Shown here: positions 10,105 to 18,575 of the stretch, piece by piece
Layout of the letters: every line of letters starts with the position of its first letter
Position numbering within the stretch: position 1 is the stretch's first letter
NCBI GenBank assembly: GCA_963756555.1
Contig: CAVWOC010000013.1
Coordinates: 59,194 to 123,193 of the forward strand
Reading direction: 5' to 3'
DNA from: an uncultured Actinomycetes bacterium
Lineage (GTDB): Bacteria > Actinomycetota > Thermoleophilia > Solirubrobacterales > Solirubrobacteraceae
DNA length: 64,000 nucleotides
Translations under genes and position numbers: made by a program
The notes under the pieces: generated by a model
What the model was told of the DNA's origin: nothing
Seen by the model: only the letters and a program-made list of their open reading frames with translations
Databases searched by the model: none

Positions 10105-11316
10105 ATGGCGACCACGACCCTCCGCACCGACAAGACCGACGAACAGAAGGCCATAACGGAAATGGTCCATCAGTTCGCCGATGAGCAGATCATCCCCAAC
10201 GCCGAGCACTACGACCACGAGGACTCCTTCCCGGAGCCGATCGTCGAGCAGATGAAGGAGCTCGGGCTGTTCGGCGTCACGATCCCCGAGGAGTACGGGG
10301 GGATGGGGCTCGATTTGACCACCTACGCGATGATCGTGGAGGAGCTGAGCCGCGGCTGGATCAGCATTTCCGGGATCGTCAACACCCACTTCATCGGCTC
10401 CTACCTGCTGATGAAGTTCGGCAGCGAAGAGCAGAAGCAGAAGTATCTGCCGCGGATGGCGACCGGCGAGATCCGGGCCGCGTTCTCCCTCTCAGAGCCC
10501 GAATGCGGCTCCGACGTGCAGGCCATCAAGGCGCAGGCGAAGAAGGTCGACGATGACGCCTACGAGATCAACGGCACCAAGATGTGGGTCACCAACGGGC
10601 TCCTGTCATCCGTCGTCTTCGTGCTGGTCAAGACAGATCCCAGCGCCGAGCCGAAGTACAGGGGAATGACGTGCTTCATCGCCGAGAAGGAGCCCGGCGT
10701 GTCGGAGAACACGGGCCAATACGAAGGCTTCAACGTCCCGCCCAAGATCAAGAAGCTGGGCTACAAGGGTGTCGAGTCCACGGAGCTCGTGTTCGACGGC
10801 TACCGCTGCCCGGCGGAGAACATCCTCGGCGGCGAGGAGGCCGGTCTGGGCCAGGGCTTCGTGCAGATGATGGACGCGCTGGAGGTGGGGCGGGTCAACG
10901 TCGCCGCGCGGGGCGTGGGGATCGCCCAAAGGGCGCTCGAGCTGGCGCTCCGCTACAGCCAGGAGCGTAAGACGTTCGGCAAGGAGATCGCCCAGCACCA
11001 AGCGATCCAGTTCAAGCTGGCCGACATGGGCACGCAGGTGGAGGCCGCGCGGCTGATGACCCTCCGGGCCGCCCGCCTGAAGGACGCCGGCGAGCGCTCG
11101 GATCTGGAAGCCGGGATGGCCAAGCTGTTCGCTTCAGAGGCCGGACGGTTCTGCGTCGAGGAGTCGTTCCGTATCCACGGCGGATACGGCTACTCCAAGG
11201 AGTACGAGATCGAGCGCCTCTATCGCGATGCGCCGCTGCTGCTGATCGGCGAGGGCACGTCAGAGATCCAGCGAATGGTGATCGGGCGCAAGCTGCTGCA
11301 GCGCCACAAGATTTAA
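10105..11316 (+). CDS. Acyl-CoA dehydrogenase
   Basis: FSLSEPECGSD, INGTKMWVTNG, KLGYKG, IHGGYGYSKEY.IERLYRDA, IGEGTSEIQR. Confidence 0.93.
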   Translation: MATTTLRTDKTDEQKAITEMVHQFADEQIIPNAEHYDHEDSFPEPIVEQMKELGLFGVTIPEEYGGMGLDLTTYAMIVEELSRGWISISGIVNTHFIGSYLLMKFGSEEQKQKYLPRMATGEIRAAFSLSEPECGSDVQAIKAQAKKVDDDAYEINGTKMWVTNGLLSSVVFVLVKTDPSAEPKYRGMTCFIAEKEPGVSENTGQYEGFNVPPKIKKLGYKGVESTELVFDGYRCPAENILGGEEAGLGQGFVQMMDALEVGRVNVAARGVGIAQRALELALRYSQERKTFGKEIAQHQAIQFKLADMGTQVEAARLMTLRAARLKDAGERSDLEAGMAKLFASEAGRFCVEESFRIHGGYGYSKEYEIERLYRDAPLLLIGEGTSEIQRMVIGRKLLQRHKI

Positions 11317-11317
11317 A

Positions 11318-11336
11318 GGCGCGCCTGGGGCGCGCC
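11318..11336. terminator. GC hairpin between convergent genes (possible bidirectional terminator)
   Basis: GGCGCGCC-TGG-GGCGCGCC immediately after the acyl-CoA dehydrogenase stop. Confidence 0.45.
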
Positions 11337-11342
11337 CGTCAT

Positions 11343-11567
11343 TCAGGTGGGCATCGTCTCCTGCGGCGGTGCCTCGAACGTGTAGTTCTCCGCCGGCTCG
11401 AGGAGGTCGCGCAGCTGCTGGCGCAGTTCCGGCGTGTCGTCGTGCCCGTGCACCGACACAGCATGCTCTGCGGCGGCGCGCGCCACCTCGTCGTCCTCGC
11501 CGATGATCACCAGCGAGCAGTTGGTGTCGCTGGGGAAGCGGCGGCAGTCAGCCATCATCCTGGCCAT
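11343..11567 (-). CDS. DUF1059 family small protein
   Basis: DCRRFPSDTNC..IIG..DEV..AAAEHAVSVHGH; RBS AAGGAGG upstream. Confidence 0.82.
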   Translation of the reverse strand: MARMMADCRRFPSDTNCSLVIIGEDDEVARAAAEHAVSVHGHDDTPELRQQLRDLLEPAENYTFEAPPQETMPT

Positions 11568-11618
11568 TGTCCCTCCTTGCGGTTGCGGGCTGTGGGTCCG
11601 AGCTTGGTTGCTGCCGCC

Positions 11619-11647
11619 ATCGTCTCGCTGTGGGCCGGCCGTGTCAA
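11619..11647 (-). promoter_or_regulatory. Sigma70-type promoter for the DUF1059 gene
   Basis: TTGACA (11647-11642), 17-bp spacer, GACGAT (11624-11619) on the minus strand. Confidence 0.55.
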
Positions 11648-11782
11648 TCGCCCCTCGATCCACCAAAAACTCGCAAATAGCGCTCAAAACCTGGTCAAGC
11701 TCCGCGGTTGCCGTGCCGATACCCATAGAGCCGCCGCCGACAACCCTCCGTCGAGCGTGTGGCAAGCAGGTGTAGACGTGGG

Positions 11783-11909
11783 GGCAAAGGCATTTGGCCA
11801 GACCGTCCGCGTCGGTCGGATCCGGCGCGGACAGTCAAGCCAAGTGCCCGGGGGCAGATGGGGGCGCGGCCTGGGCGCAAACGCTAGAGGGCACAGGCCG
11901 CGACACCCC
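11783..11909 (+). ncRNA. Candidate structured RNA (two hairpins), family not recognised
   Basis: Helices 11789-98/11839-48 and 11805-15/11822-32 each contain a G-U pair that works only on the + strand; second helix 11865-73/11894-902. Confidence 0.4.
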
Positions 11910-11927
11910 GCGACTAAACTCGGGCGC

Positions 11928-12302
11928 CTGGCTTCTCCGTCAGACACCAAGTCCTTGATCGAAACCGCGGTAACGCGGTTTCTGGACGAGGTGCCGGCGC
12001 TTCAGCCGCTGAAGCTCGTGGCGGGGCTCGAGCTGCGGGCCCGGGGCGACGTCCAGATGTACCGCGTCGAGCTGCCGGGGCCGAAGGTCTCCAAGGACAT
12101 CGCGGCCGACGCCAAGGTTCGTCTATCGCTGCCGCGTTCACACTTCAACGACCTGGCCACCAAGGGCCACGTTCATGACTGGCGCGAGGCGCTGGCCCGG
12201 GGGGAGGTCAAGGCCACAGGCGTGGAGCAGGTGTTGAAACTGATCGTGAACGTCGTGGAACGCCAGGAGGAGCGCTCGCGCACCCGCAAGGCGCGGCACT
12301 GA
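11928..12302 (+). CDS. Conserved hypothetical protein, possibly SCP2-like fold; start uncertain (CTG 11928 or TTG 11956)
   Basis: Typical high-GC3 coding frame ASPSDTKSLIETAVTRFLDEVPAL...ERQEERSRTRKARH. Confidence 0.6.
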   Translation: MASPSDTKSLIETAVTRFLDEVPALQPLKLVAGLELRARGDVQMYRVELPGPKVSKDIAADAKVRLSLPRSHFNDLATKGHVHDWREALARGEVKATGVEQVLKLIVNVVERQEERSRTRKARH

Positions 12303-12361
12303 GACGCGTGGAGGAGGAGCGGCCGACGGACGCCCCCGGGTCGGGGGAGCGGTCGCCCCCG

Positions 12362-15094
12362 CTAGGACGGCTTCAGCTTGAGCGTGACGGTCGCCCCCAA
12401 GCGGCTGGTGTCGGTGGTCTTGACCGTCAGCGTCACGTTTCCTTGCTTGCGGTGCTTGACCGCCGCGACCACCGCGCGATCGCTGCGGATCAATGGTCCC
12501 CTGATCGCCAGAGCAACCCGAGCGTTGGCCACCCTGAGGGTGATTGTCAGCTTCGCGCCCGTCAGCTTGAGCTTGTAGCCCTTCAGCCGCTTTCGCTTTG
12601 AGCCGACGAGCGAGATGCCTCGGCCCAGGGCCGCCCTGTTGAAAGCCAGGTGCTTGGGCAGCGTGATGACGATGCTCTTCAGCCGAGGCGAGTCCGGCTC
12701 GGCGGCCAGCGTCACCGAGAGCTTCGGCTTGTTCCTGGCCACGCCGCTCAGCACGGCGCGCGACACGACCGGGGTGACCACCCAGGAGAAGCCGACCGTG
12801 GACGACGCGCCGCCGTCGAACACCGTGAGGGTCGGCGAAAAGTTTCCGCCGTTCTGAGGCTTGCCGCTGATCAGACCGCTGGAGGGGTTGATCGACACGC
12901 CGGGGGGAAGGCCCGAGGCGTGATAGCTCAGCTGCCCGCCGTTGTTGTCACCGGCGCGGATCTGCAAGCTGACCTTGTTGCCGGAGCGAGTGCGCTGCGA
13001 ACCGGGGGTTGCCACGTTGATGGCAACCGGATAGACGGTCCAGCTGAACGTGACTGAAGCGCTTGCTCCGTCGCTGTCTGTGACCCGCACCGTCGGAGCG
13101 AAGTTGCCAACCGTGGCCGGCGTCCCGCTGATGATGCCGGTGCTGGCGCCCATCGCCAGCCCCGTCGGAAGTCCCGTCGCGCTGAACGACAAGCTCTTTC
13201 CGGCCGCGTCGCTGGCCGAGAGCTGGATCTGGGCGGGAACCCCAAGCACCGTCGCCTGGTTGCCGGGGTTTGCGAGCTGCGGCTTCGAGCTGCACATCGC
13301 GGACGGCAGCGCGGCGCCGTCCGGAGACCCGAGGCCCGACGCCATGTCGTACCCCGGTCCCGCCGGATAGAGCGACTGACCGGATCCAGAGAGCTGATTG
13401 TTCCCCACCGTGATGTCCTGGAAGCTCCCCGAGTAGCTCGCGCCCGCGGCCCGGTACAGCGCCGGATTGGCAAAGCCGATCGGCGAGCCGCCGCAGGCAC
13501 TCGAGTCGTTGGTGAGCGCAACCAGCGCCGCATACAGGGGCGCAGCGGCGCTGGTGCCGCCGATCCCTCCCCAGCTTCCGTCGAAGTAGACGGCATCGCC
13601 CGTGCTGGGATCGGCGTTGGCCGCCACGTCCGGAACCTCTCGGCAGTAGCTTCCGGCCGCGCCGCACGGTGAGCCGGACGAGTTGCCGTTGATGACGTTC
13701 AGCGAGCTGGGCGCGCTCGACTGGTAGGAAGGCATGCCCCAGAAGGAAGAGATCCCGCCCCCGCCGGCGCACGGCGTGCCCTGACAGCTGTCGTTCCACA
13801 CAGACTCGGCGGGGGGCGGACCGATGCCGGCCAGGGAGGTACCACCCACTCCCGTGACGAACGGCTGCGCCGACGGGTCGTCGACGGCCAGCTGAGGCAC
13901 AGGTTTGCCGGCGGAGTCGGTGCAGTCGGTGGAGCCCTCGTCGCCTGCCGCCGACAAGATCGACTGGCCCTGCACAGCCGCCTCCTGGAACAGCGTGTTC
14001 TCAGCGGCGGCGGCCGCTGAGCCGAGCTGCGACTCGCAGTCGCCCCACGACGTGGAGATCACATCTGCTCTGTCCTGACTGATGATCGCGCTGTAGGTGT
14101 CATACGGCCCGGAGCCAGGCAGGCGGGAGCCCGTGTTGGGCCCCTGGTAGACGATGACGTTGGCCTGGGGAGCGAGGTTGATCGCCTGCTCCACGTCGAG
14201 CGCGGTCTCGAGGCCGTCCTGGTTGTTCGCATTCGGCGCCGGTGGCCCACCGTCGACCCTGACATACGACACCGGCGTGCTGATCCCGTAGCAGGACTCG
14301 TCGGCCGCGATGTCGGACGGGAAGTTGCCCTCCAGCTCGTAGATCGCAACTGTTTGGCCGGCCCCCTCGTCGCCGGCGCCGTACAGCGCGGAGAAGCGGT
14401 AGGCGGCGGCGAGGTCGTCGGCTGTGTAGAAGCCGGACCCCACGGCCCCCGAGCAGGCCTGCGGTCCGCCGGTCACTACGTGGGGCGTGGCGTGAGCGCG
14501 GGCGTGCGGGGCGTGCAACGCCAGCGGTCGTAGCTGAGCCACGCTGCTCAGGCCCAGGACGCCTTGGACATAGCCCGCGATCGAGGTGTCGAGCAGCGGC
14601 GCCTGGGTGTTAGCGAAGGCCGTCCGGCCGCTGCTCAGCGTTAACCGTCTGAACGACGTGGAGAAAGCGTGGCCCAGCGCTCCTGCGGTAGCGGTCACGG
14701 GGATGGCCAGACCGTTGGCGCTCACCGCGCCCGGCGCCAAACCGTGGGCGCGAAGCGATGCGCTCACGGCCGCGATCTGGGCATCGGTGGGACCGAAGCG
14801 CTGGCGAAAGGCGGCCACGGAGAGGTAGTGGTGATAGTCGCTCGAGCCTGGCGTTGCCGCGGCCAGGGCGTAGGCCTCGAGCGCCGTCGGGTCGCGCGGC
14901 TTCAGAACCACCGTGCTCCGGATCGCGGTTGCGGAGGAGAGCGAGCCAGTCGTCGTCGATCCGGCCGGCAGCTGCGGCGGAGCTCCGAGTCGGGCTTGCC
15001 GCGGCGGGGAGGCGGCGGCCATCGCCGCCGCGGCGCCCGCCAGGACGACAACGGCGGACAGCAAGACGCTGAGCTTGAAGGCGTGACGCGACAT
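12362..15094 (-). CDS. Secreted S53 (sedolisin/kumamolisin) peptidase with prodomain, two putative-Ig (He_PIG) domains and a basic C-terminal domain
   Basis: Signal peptide; ETALD (E/D), SAAGDEG, GGTSAAAP (Ser), GYDMASGLGSP Ca-site; two repeats of FSA(T/S)GLP.GL.I...(T/S)G.ISG.P. Confidence 0.92.
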   Translation of the reverse strand: MSRHAFKLSVLLSAVVVLAGAAAAMAAASPPRQARLGAPPQLPAGSTTTGSLSSATAIRSTVVLKPRDPTALEAYALAAATPGSSDYHHYLSVAAFRQRFGPTDAQIAAVSASLRAHGLAPGAVSANGLAIPVTATAGALGHAFSTSFRRLTLSSGRTAFANTQAPLLDTSIAGYVQGVLGLSSVAQLRPLALHAPHARAHATPHVVTGGPQACSGAVGSGFYTADDLAAAYRFSALYGAGDEGAGQTVAIYELEGNFPSDIAADESCYGISTPVSYVRVDGGPPAPNANNQDGLETALDVEQAINLAPQANVIVYQGPNTGSRLPGSGPYDTYSAIISQDRADVISTSWGDCESQLGSAAAAAENTLFQEAAVQGQSILSAAGDEGSTDCTDSAGKPVPQLAVDDPSAQPFVTGVGGTSLAGIGPPPAESVWNDSCQGTPCAGGGGISSFWGMPSYQSSAPSSLNVINGNSSGSPCGAAGSYCREVPDVAANADPSTGDAVYFDGSWGGIGGTSAAAPLYAALVALTNDSSACGGSPIGFANPALYRAAGASYSGSFQDITVGNNQLSGSGQSLYPAGPGYDMASGLGSPDGAALPSAMCSSKPQLANPGNQATVLGVPAQIQLSASDAAGKSLSFSATGLPTGLAMGASTGIISGTPATVGNFAPTVRVTDSDGASASVTFSWTVYPVAINVATPGSQRTRSGNKVSLQIRAGDNNGGQLSYHASGLPPGVSINPSSGLISGKPQNGGNFSPTLTVFDGGASSTVGFSWVVTPVVSRAVLSGVARNKPKLSVTLAAEPDSPRLKSIVITLPKHLAFNRAALGRGISLVGSKRKRLKGYKLKLTGAKLTITLRVANARVALAIRGPLIRSDRAVVAAVKHRKQGNVTLTVKTTDTSRLGATVTLKLKPS

Positions 15095-15155
15095 AGCTAG
15101 AGGGACTTCGGAGCGGACGAGCGCGCGACGCTATCAGCGCCAGCGCCGGCAGGAC

Positions 15156-16985
15156 TCAGTTCCCGTCCAGGCGATCCGCAGCCAGGTCGGCTGTGGACGC
15201 TAGGTCCTCGGCGGCGCGCAGCTGGTCCTCGATCGAGCGCAGGCCCGAGTCCCAGAAGTCCGGGTCGGCGAGGTCGATGCCGACGATCGCGGCCAGTTCC
15301 TCGGGCGGTTGCGAGCCGCCCGCCGCCAGGAGCTGCAGGTACCGAGGCGCGAACGACGATCCCTCCTCGAGATAGCGCCGGTAGACCGACAGCGCCAGCA
15401 GCTGCCCATAGGCATACGCGTAGACGTAGCCGGGGGTGTGGATGAAGTGCGGGATGTAGGACCACCACATCTGGTAGCCCTCGGTAATGGTCACGGAATC
15501 GCCGAACATCTCGGCCTGGCTCTCGTTCCAGAGCGCGGCGATCCGCTCCACGGACAGCTCGCCCTCCGTTCTGCGCCGCGTGTGCATCAGGTGCTCGAAG
15601 CGGTTCAGCGCCATCTGACGGAAAACCGTGGCTACCGCCCCATCGACGCGGTCGGCAAGCAGCGCCAGCCGGGAGCGATCGTCGGGCGCCTCCTCCAGCA
15701 GGCGTCCGAACACAAGCGCCTCTCCGAACACCGAGGCAGTCTCGGCCAGGGTGAGGGGCGTGGAGAAGTGAAATACGCCCTGAGGCCCGGCGAGCGCGGC
15801 GTGCAGACCGTGCCCCAGCTCGTGCGCCATCGTCAGGACGTCCCGGCGGCGGGCGGTGAAGTTGAGCAGCACGTAGGGGTGGACACTGGGCACCGTGTAG
15901 GAGCAGAAGGCGCCGCCGCGCTTGTTCGGACGCACTGGGGCATCGATCCAGTGCTCGTCGAAGAAACGTTTGGTGACGTGTCCCGCCTGATCGTCGAATG
16001 AGGCGTAGGTGTCCAGCACCAGCTCCCGAGCGTCCGCAAACGAGTAGCTCACGTCCTCTTCGGCGATCGGGGCCATGCGGTCGTAGTCGAAGATCTCATC
16101 GACCCCCAGCAGGCCTGCCTTCAGCTTGTACCACCGCTGGGGGATGTCGTACCGCCGGCGGACGGCCTCGATCAGCGCCAGCACGGACTCGTCGGAGGCC
16201 TCGTTGGCCAGGTTGCGACTCGCCAGCCAGTGCGGATAGGAGCGCAGCCGGTCATCGACGGCCTTGTCGTGGATCAGCGTGTTGTAGATGAAGGCCCGGG
16301 TCCGCAGGCCTGGCGCGAGCGCGCTGGTGACAGCCTCGGCCGCCTGCCGCCGCGTCTCGCGGTCCGCATCGTGCAACCGGCTGAGCGCTACGTCGAGCGG
16401 CACCTCGTCGTCCTCCAGCTTGACGCGGAGCGCGGAGACCAATTCGCCGAACAGCCGCCCCCACGCCGTCTGCGAGGTGAGCGACTTCTCCGCCAGGAGC
16501 TTCTCCTCCGGCTCGGATAGCTGGTGCGGGCGGTACCTGCGCGCGCTTCGGAGGTGATGTCGGCAGAACTCGAGCTCGTCTGCTTCCAGCAGCGACTCGG
16601 CGCGTTCGTCGTCGAGCGCTGCCCACTCGAGCTCGAAGAACAGAATCTTGGTCTCGATCTCGGTCGCCCGCTCCTGCATCCGCTGGAGCAGCGCGCCCCG
16701 CGCCGGGTCGGCGGTGTCGGTGGCGAACCGCAACCCGGCGTAGGAGCCGGCCCGGCCCGCCAGATCCTCGATCGCCGCCAGCTCTCGCATCGCGTCACGG
16801 AGGCCGCCGGAGTCGAGCTCGGCGACGCGACCCGCGTAGGACTGGGCGAAGTCCTCGGCGCGGCTTTTCGCCTCGTCGAGCAGCCTGTCTACGCCCGTCT
16901 CCCCCTGGCCATCGACCAGAGGTGCCAGGTCCCATTCGGTGCGCAGAAGCTCGGGGTCGGCGAGATTGTCGGCGGTGGTCGACAT
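15156..16985 (-). CDS. pepF: M3B oligoendopeptidase F
   Basis: WDL..L, KRGGAFC, AHELGH (HExxH), LAETAS.FGE, WSYIPHFIHTPGYVYAYAYG. Confidence 0.9.
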   Translation of the reverse strand: MSTTADNLADPELLRTEWDLAPLVDGQGETGVDRLLDEAKSRAEDFAQSYAGRVAELDSGGLRDAMRELAAIEDLAGRAGSYAGLRFATDTADPARGALLQRMQERATEIETKILFFELEWAALDDERAESLLEADELEFCRHHLRSARRYRPHQLSEPEEKLLAEKSLTSQTAWGRLFGELVSALRVKLEDDEVPLDVALSRLHDADRETRRQAAEAVTSALAPGLRTRAFIYNTLIHDKAVDDRLRSYPHWLASRNLANEASDESVLALIEAVRRRYDIPQRWYKLKAGLLGVDEIFDYDRMAPIAEEDVSYSFADARELVLDTYASFDDQAGHVTKRFFDEHWIDAPVRPNKRGGAFCSYTVPSVHPYVLLNFTARRRDVLTMAHELGHGLHAALAGPQGVFHFSTPLTLAETASVFGEALVFGRLLEEAPDDRSRLALLADRVDGAVATVFRQMALNRFEHLMHTRRRTEGELSVERIAALWNESQAEMFGDSVTITEGYQMWWSYIPHFIHTPGYVYAYAYGQLLALSVYRRYLEEGSSFAPRYLQLLAAGGSQPPEELAAIVGIDLADPDFWDSGLRSIEDQLRAAEDLASTADLAADRLDGN

Positions 16986-17037
16986 CGGCAGCGTCAGGTT
17001 AGCCAGTCGGGTGCGGGCGAATACCCGCAACATCCAT

Positions 17038-17065
17038 TAGAGTGATGCTCTAGAACAATGTTCTA
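17038..17065. promoter_or_regulatory. Two abutting 15-bp inverted-repeat operator candidates between divergent pepF and enoyl-CoA hydratase
   Basis: TAGAACAATGTTCTA (17051-17065, perfect 7-1-7) and TAGAGTGATGCTCTA (17038-17052). Confidence 0.55.
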
Positions 17066-17084
17066 ATCGTTTAGGAGCGTCGCC

Positions 17085-17921
17085 ATGCCCGCCACCTACC
17101 AGTCCGCCGTCGCTCGCGCCCGGGAAGATCCCGAGCGCGAGCTCGTCTCCGTCGAGCGCCAGGGGAACCGCGCCATCGTCACGCTCGATGACCCCGAGCG
17201 CCTCAACCCGCTGAGCGCATCGCTCACCGTCCAGCTCCATGCCCATCTGCAGGAACTGGCGCGCGACGAGCAGCTGAGGACGATCGTCCTGACCGGCCGC
17301 GACCCCGCATTCAGCGCCGGGGGAGACCTCAGGCTGATCCGGGAGACAGGCGATCAGCTGCTGCGCGAGAGTCCGGCTGGAGCCACCGACATCTGGCGCT
17401 GGATACGCAACCAGTTCGGTGGGATCGTGCGGCTGATAACCCGCACAGACAAGGCGTTCATCGCCGCGGTCAACGGGCCGGCCGCCGGCGTCGGCCTGGC
17501 GTTCGCGCTGGCCTGCGACGTGATCCTGCTCTCCGAGCGCGCGCGCATAGTTCCCGCTTTCGGACGCATCGGCCTGGTGCCCGAGGTGGGGAGCAGTTGG
17601 CAGCTGACCAGGCGTCTGGGCTACCAGCGAACGTTCGCCCTGTTCGCCTCGGGGCGGCAGCTGTCGGGCGCCGAGGCCTTCGAGCTCGGGCTGGGAAACG
17701 AGCTCGTGACGCATGAAGCGCTGCCGGCCGCGACCGCTGCCTGGTGCGAGCGGATCGAGCGCCAGCCCGACCACGTGATTGAGATGACAAAGGCGCTGCT
17801 GCGCCAGTGCGCGGACATGACCTGGGAGCAAGCGGTGACGATGGAGGAGTTCGCGGAGCCGATGTGCTTCACGACGCGAGCCCACCAGGAGGCGGTCGCG
17901 GCACTGCTGAACGACGGCTGA
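17085..17921 (+). CDS. Enoyl-CoA hydratase/isomerase (crotonase family, PaaG-like)
   Basis: FSAGGDL, IAAVNGPAAGVG.AFALACD, F.RIGLVPEVG. Confidence 0.9.
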   Translation: MPATYQSAVARAREDPERELVSVERQGNRAIVTLDDPERLNPLSASLTVQLHAHLQELARDEQLRTIVLTGRDPAFSAGGDLRLIRETGDQLLRESPAGATDIWRWIRNQFGGIVRLITRTDKAFIAAVNGPAAGVGLAFALACDVILLSERARIVPAFGRIGLVPEVGSSWQLTRRLGYQRTFALFASGRQLSGAEAFELGLGNELVTHEALPAATAAWCERIERQPDHVIEMTKALLRQCADMTWEQAVTMEEFAEPMCFTTRAHQEAVAALLNDG

Positions 17922-18054
17922 GCGCGGCAGGAACACGACGCGGTCCCGTAGGCCCTCCACGAGGTGTCGGGGCCCACGCGCCGAGGCCGAGCGGCAGTAA
18001 CGACCAGGCCGCCCATCGCGTCTCGTCCCGACGAGAAAGCTCGCCCCCCGACAT
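17922..18054 (-). pseudogene. Probable internally deleted remnant of a membrane/helix-hairpin-helix protein gene
   Basis: N-terminal WAAWSLLPLGLGAWAP joined out of frame (about 17965) to LVEGLRDRVVFLPR, which resembles an HhH-protein C-terminus as recalled. Confidence 0.35.
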
Positions 18055-18098
18055 CGCCCACATCGTAGGCCGTCGCTGTACGCTTGCGGCGAGAGTTC

Positions 18099-18575
18099 AT
18101 GGGCGGAAGAAGAGCAGTGGCGCCACTGGCGCTCGCAGCGGCGGTGGCGGCTCTGGCCGCTGGCTGTGGAAGCACGGGCGCGAGAACACCGTCGGTCTCG
18201 GGTCTTCCGCTTGCGAGAGGAGCGCGCGTCATCACGACGCAGCGTCGCTGCAACATCGGGGCCGACGCCTACTGCGGCATCGAGATGGTCGTCCTCGACG
18301 CTCGCTACTCCTCCTCGCACGAACTGGTGCTGGCGGAGCGTGGCCGCCTTCGAGCCGCCGGCTGGGTGGGCGCCAGCCCTGACACCGGCGACCAGGTGGC
18401 CGACGAGTCGCCGGGCGACAAGCTGCGGGCGACCTACGCCACTGCTTTCGACGAGCTGAAGGCCATCGACCTGGGCTGGATCCAACGCTCGTGGCCGACC
18501 GTCAGCGCGCTCGACCAGCAGCTGTTCAACGGCTTGCCGACAATGTCGATGTTGCTCGAAGTCGGCTCTAAGTAG
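18099..18575 (+). CDS. Hypothetical lipoprotein
   Basis: Basic N-terminus, hydrophobic stretch, lipobox LAAGC; C-x7-C pair. Confidence 0.65.
   Translation: MGGRRAVAPLALAAAVAALAAGCGSTGARTPSVSGLPLARGARVITTQRRCNIGADAYCGIEMVVLDARYSSSHELVLAERGRLRAAGWVGASPDTGDQVADESPGDKLRATYATAFDELKAIDLGWIQRSWPTVSALDQQLFNGLPTMSMLLEVGSK

Noticed and set aside
11783-11920. c-di-GMP-I (GEMM) riboswitch, suggested by GGCAAA, CGCAAA and CTAAA
   Set aside because: No GNRA loop or receptor, about 25 nt intervene between the first helix and the CGCAAA motif, and P1 cannot be formed. Kept only as an unknown structured RNA.
17037-18485. Long minus-strand 482-aa ORF, and similar long antisense ORFs (e.g. 1741-2784, 22081-23139, 49313-50560)
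   Set aside because: Shadow ORFs opposite well-supported genes, expected at this GC content, with no family motifs.
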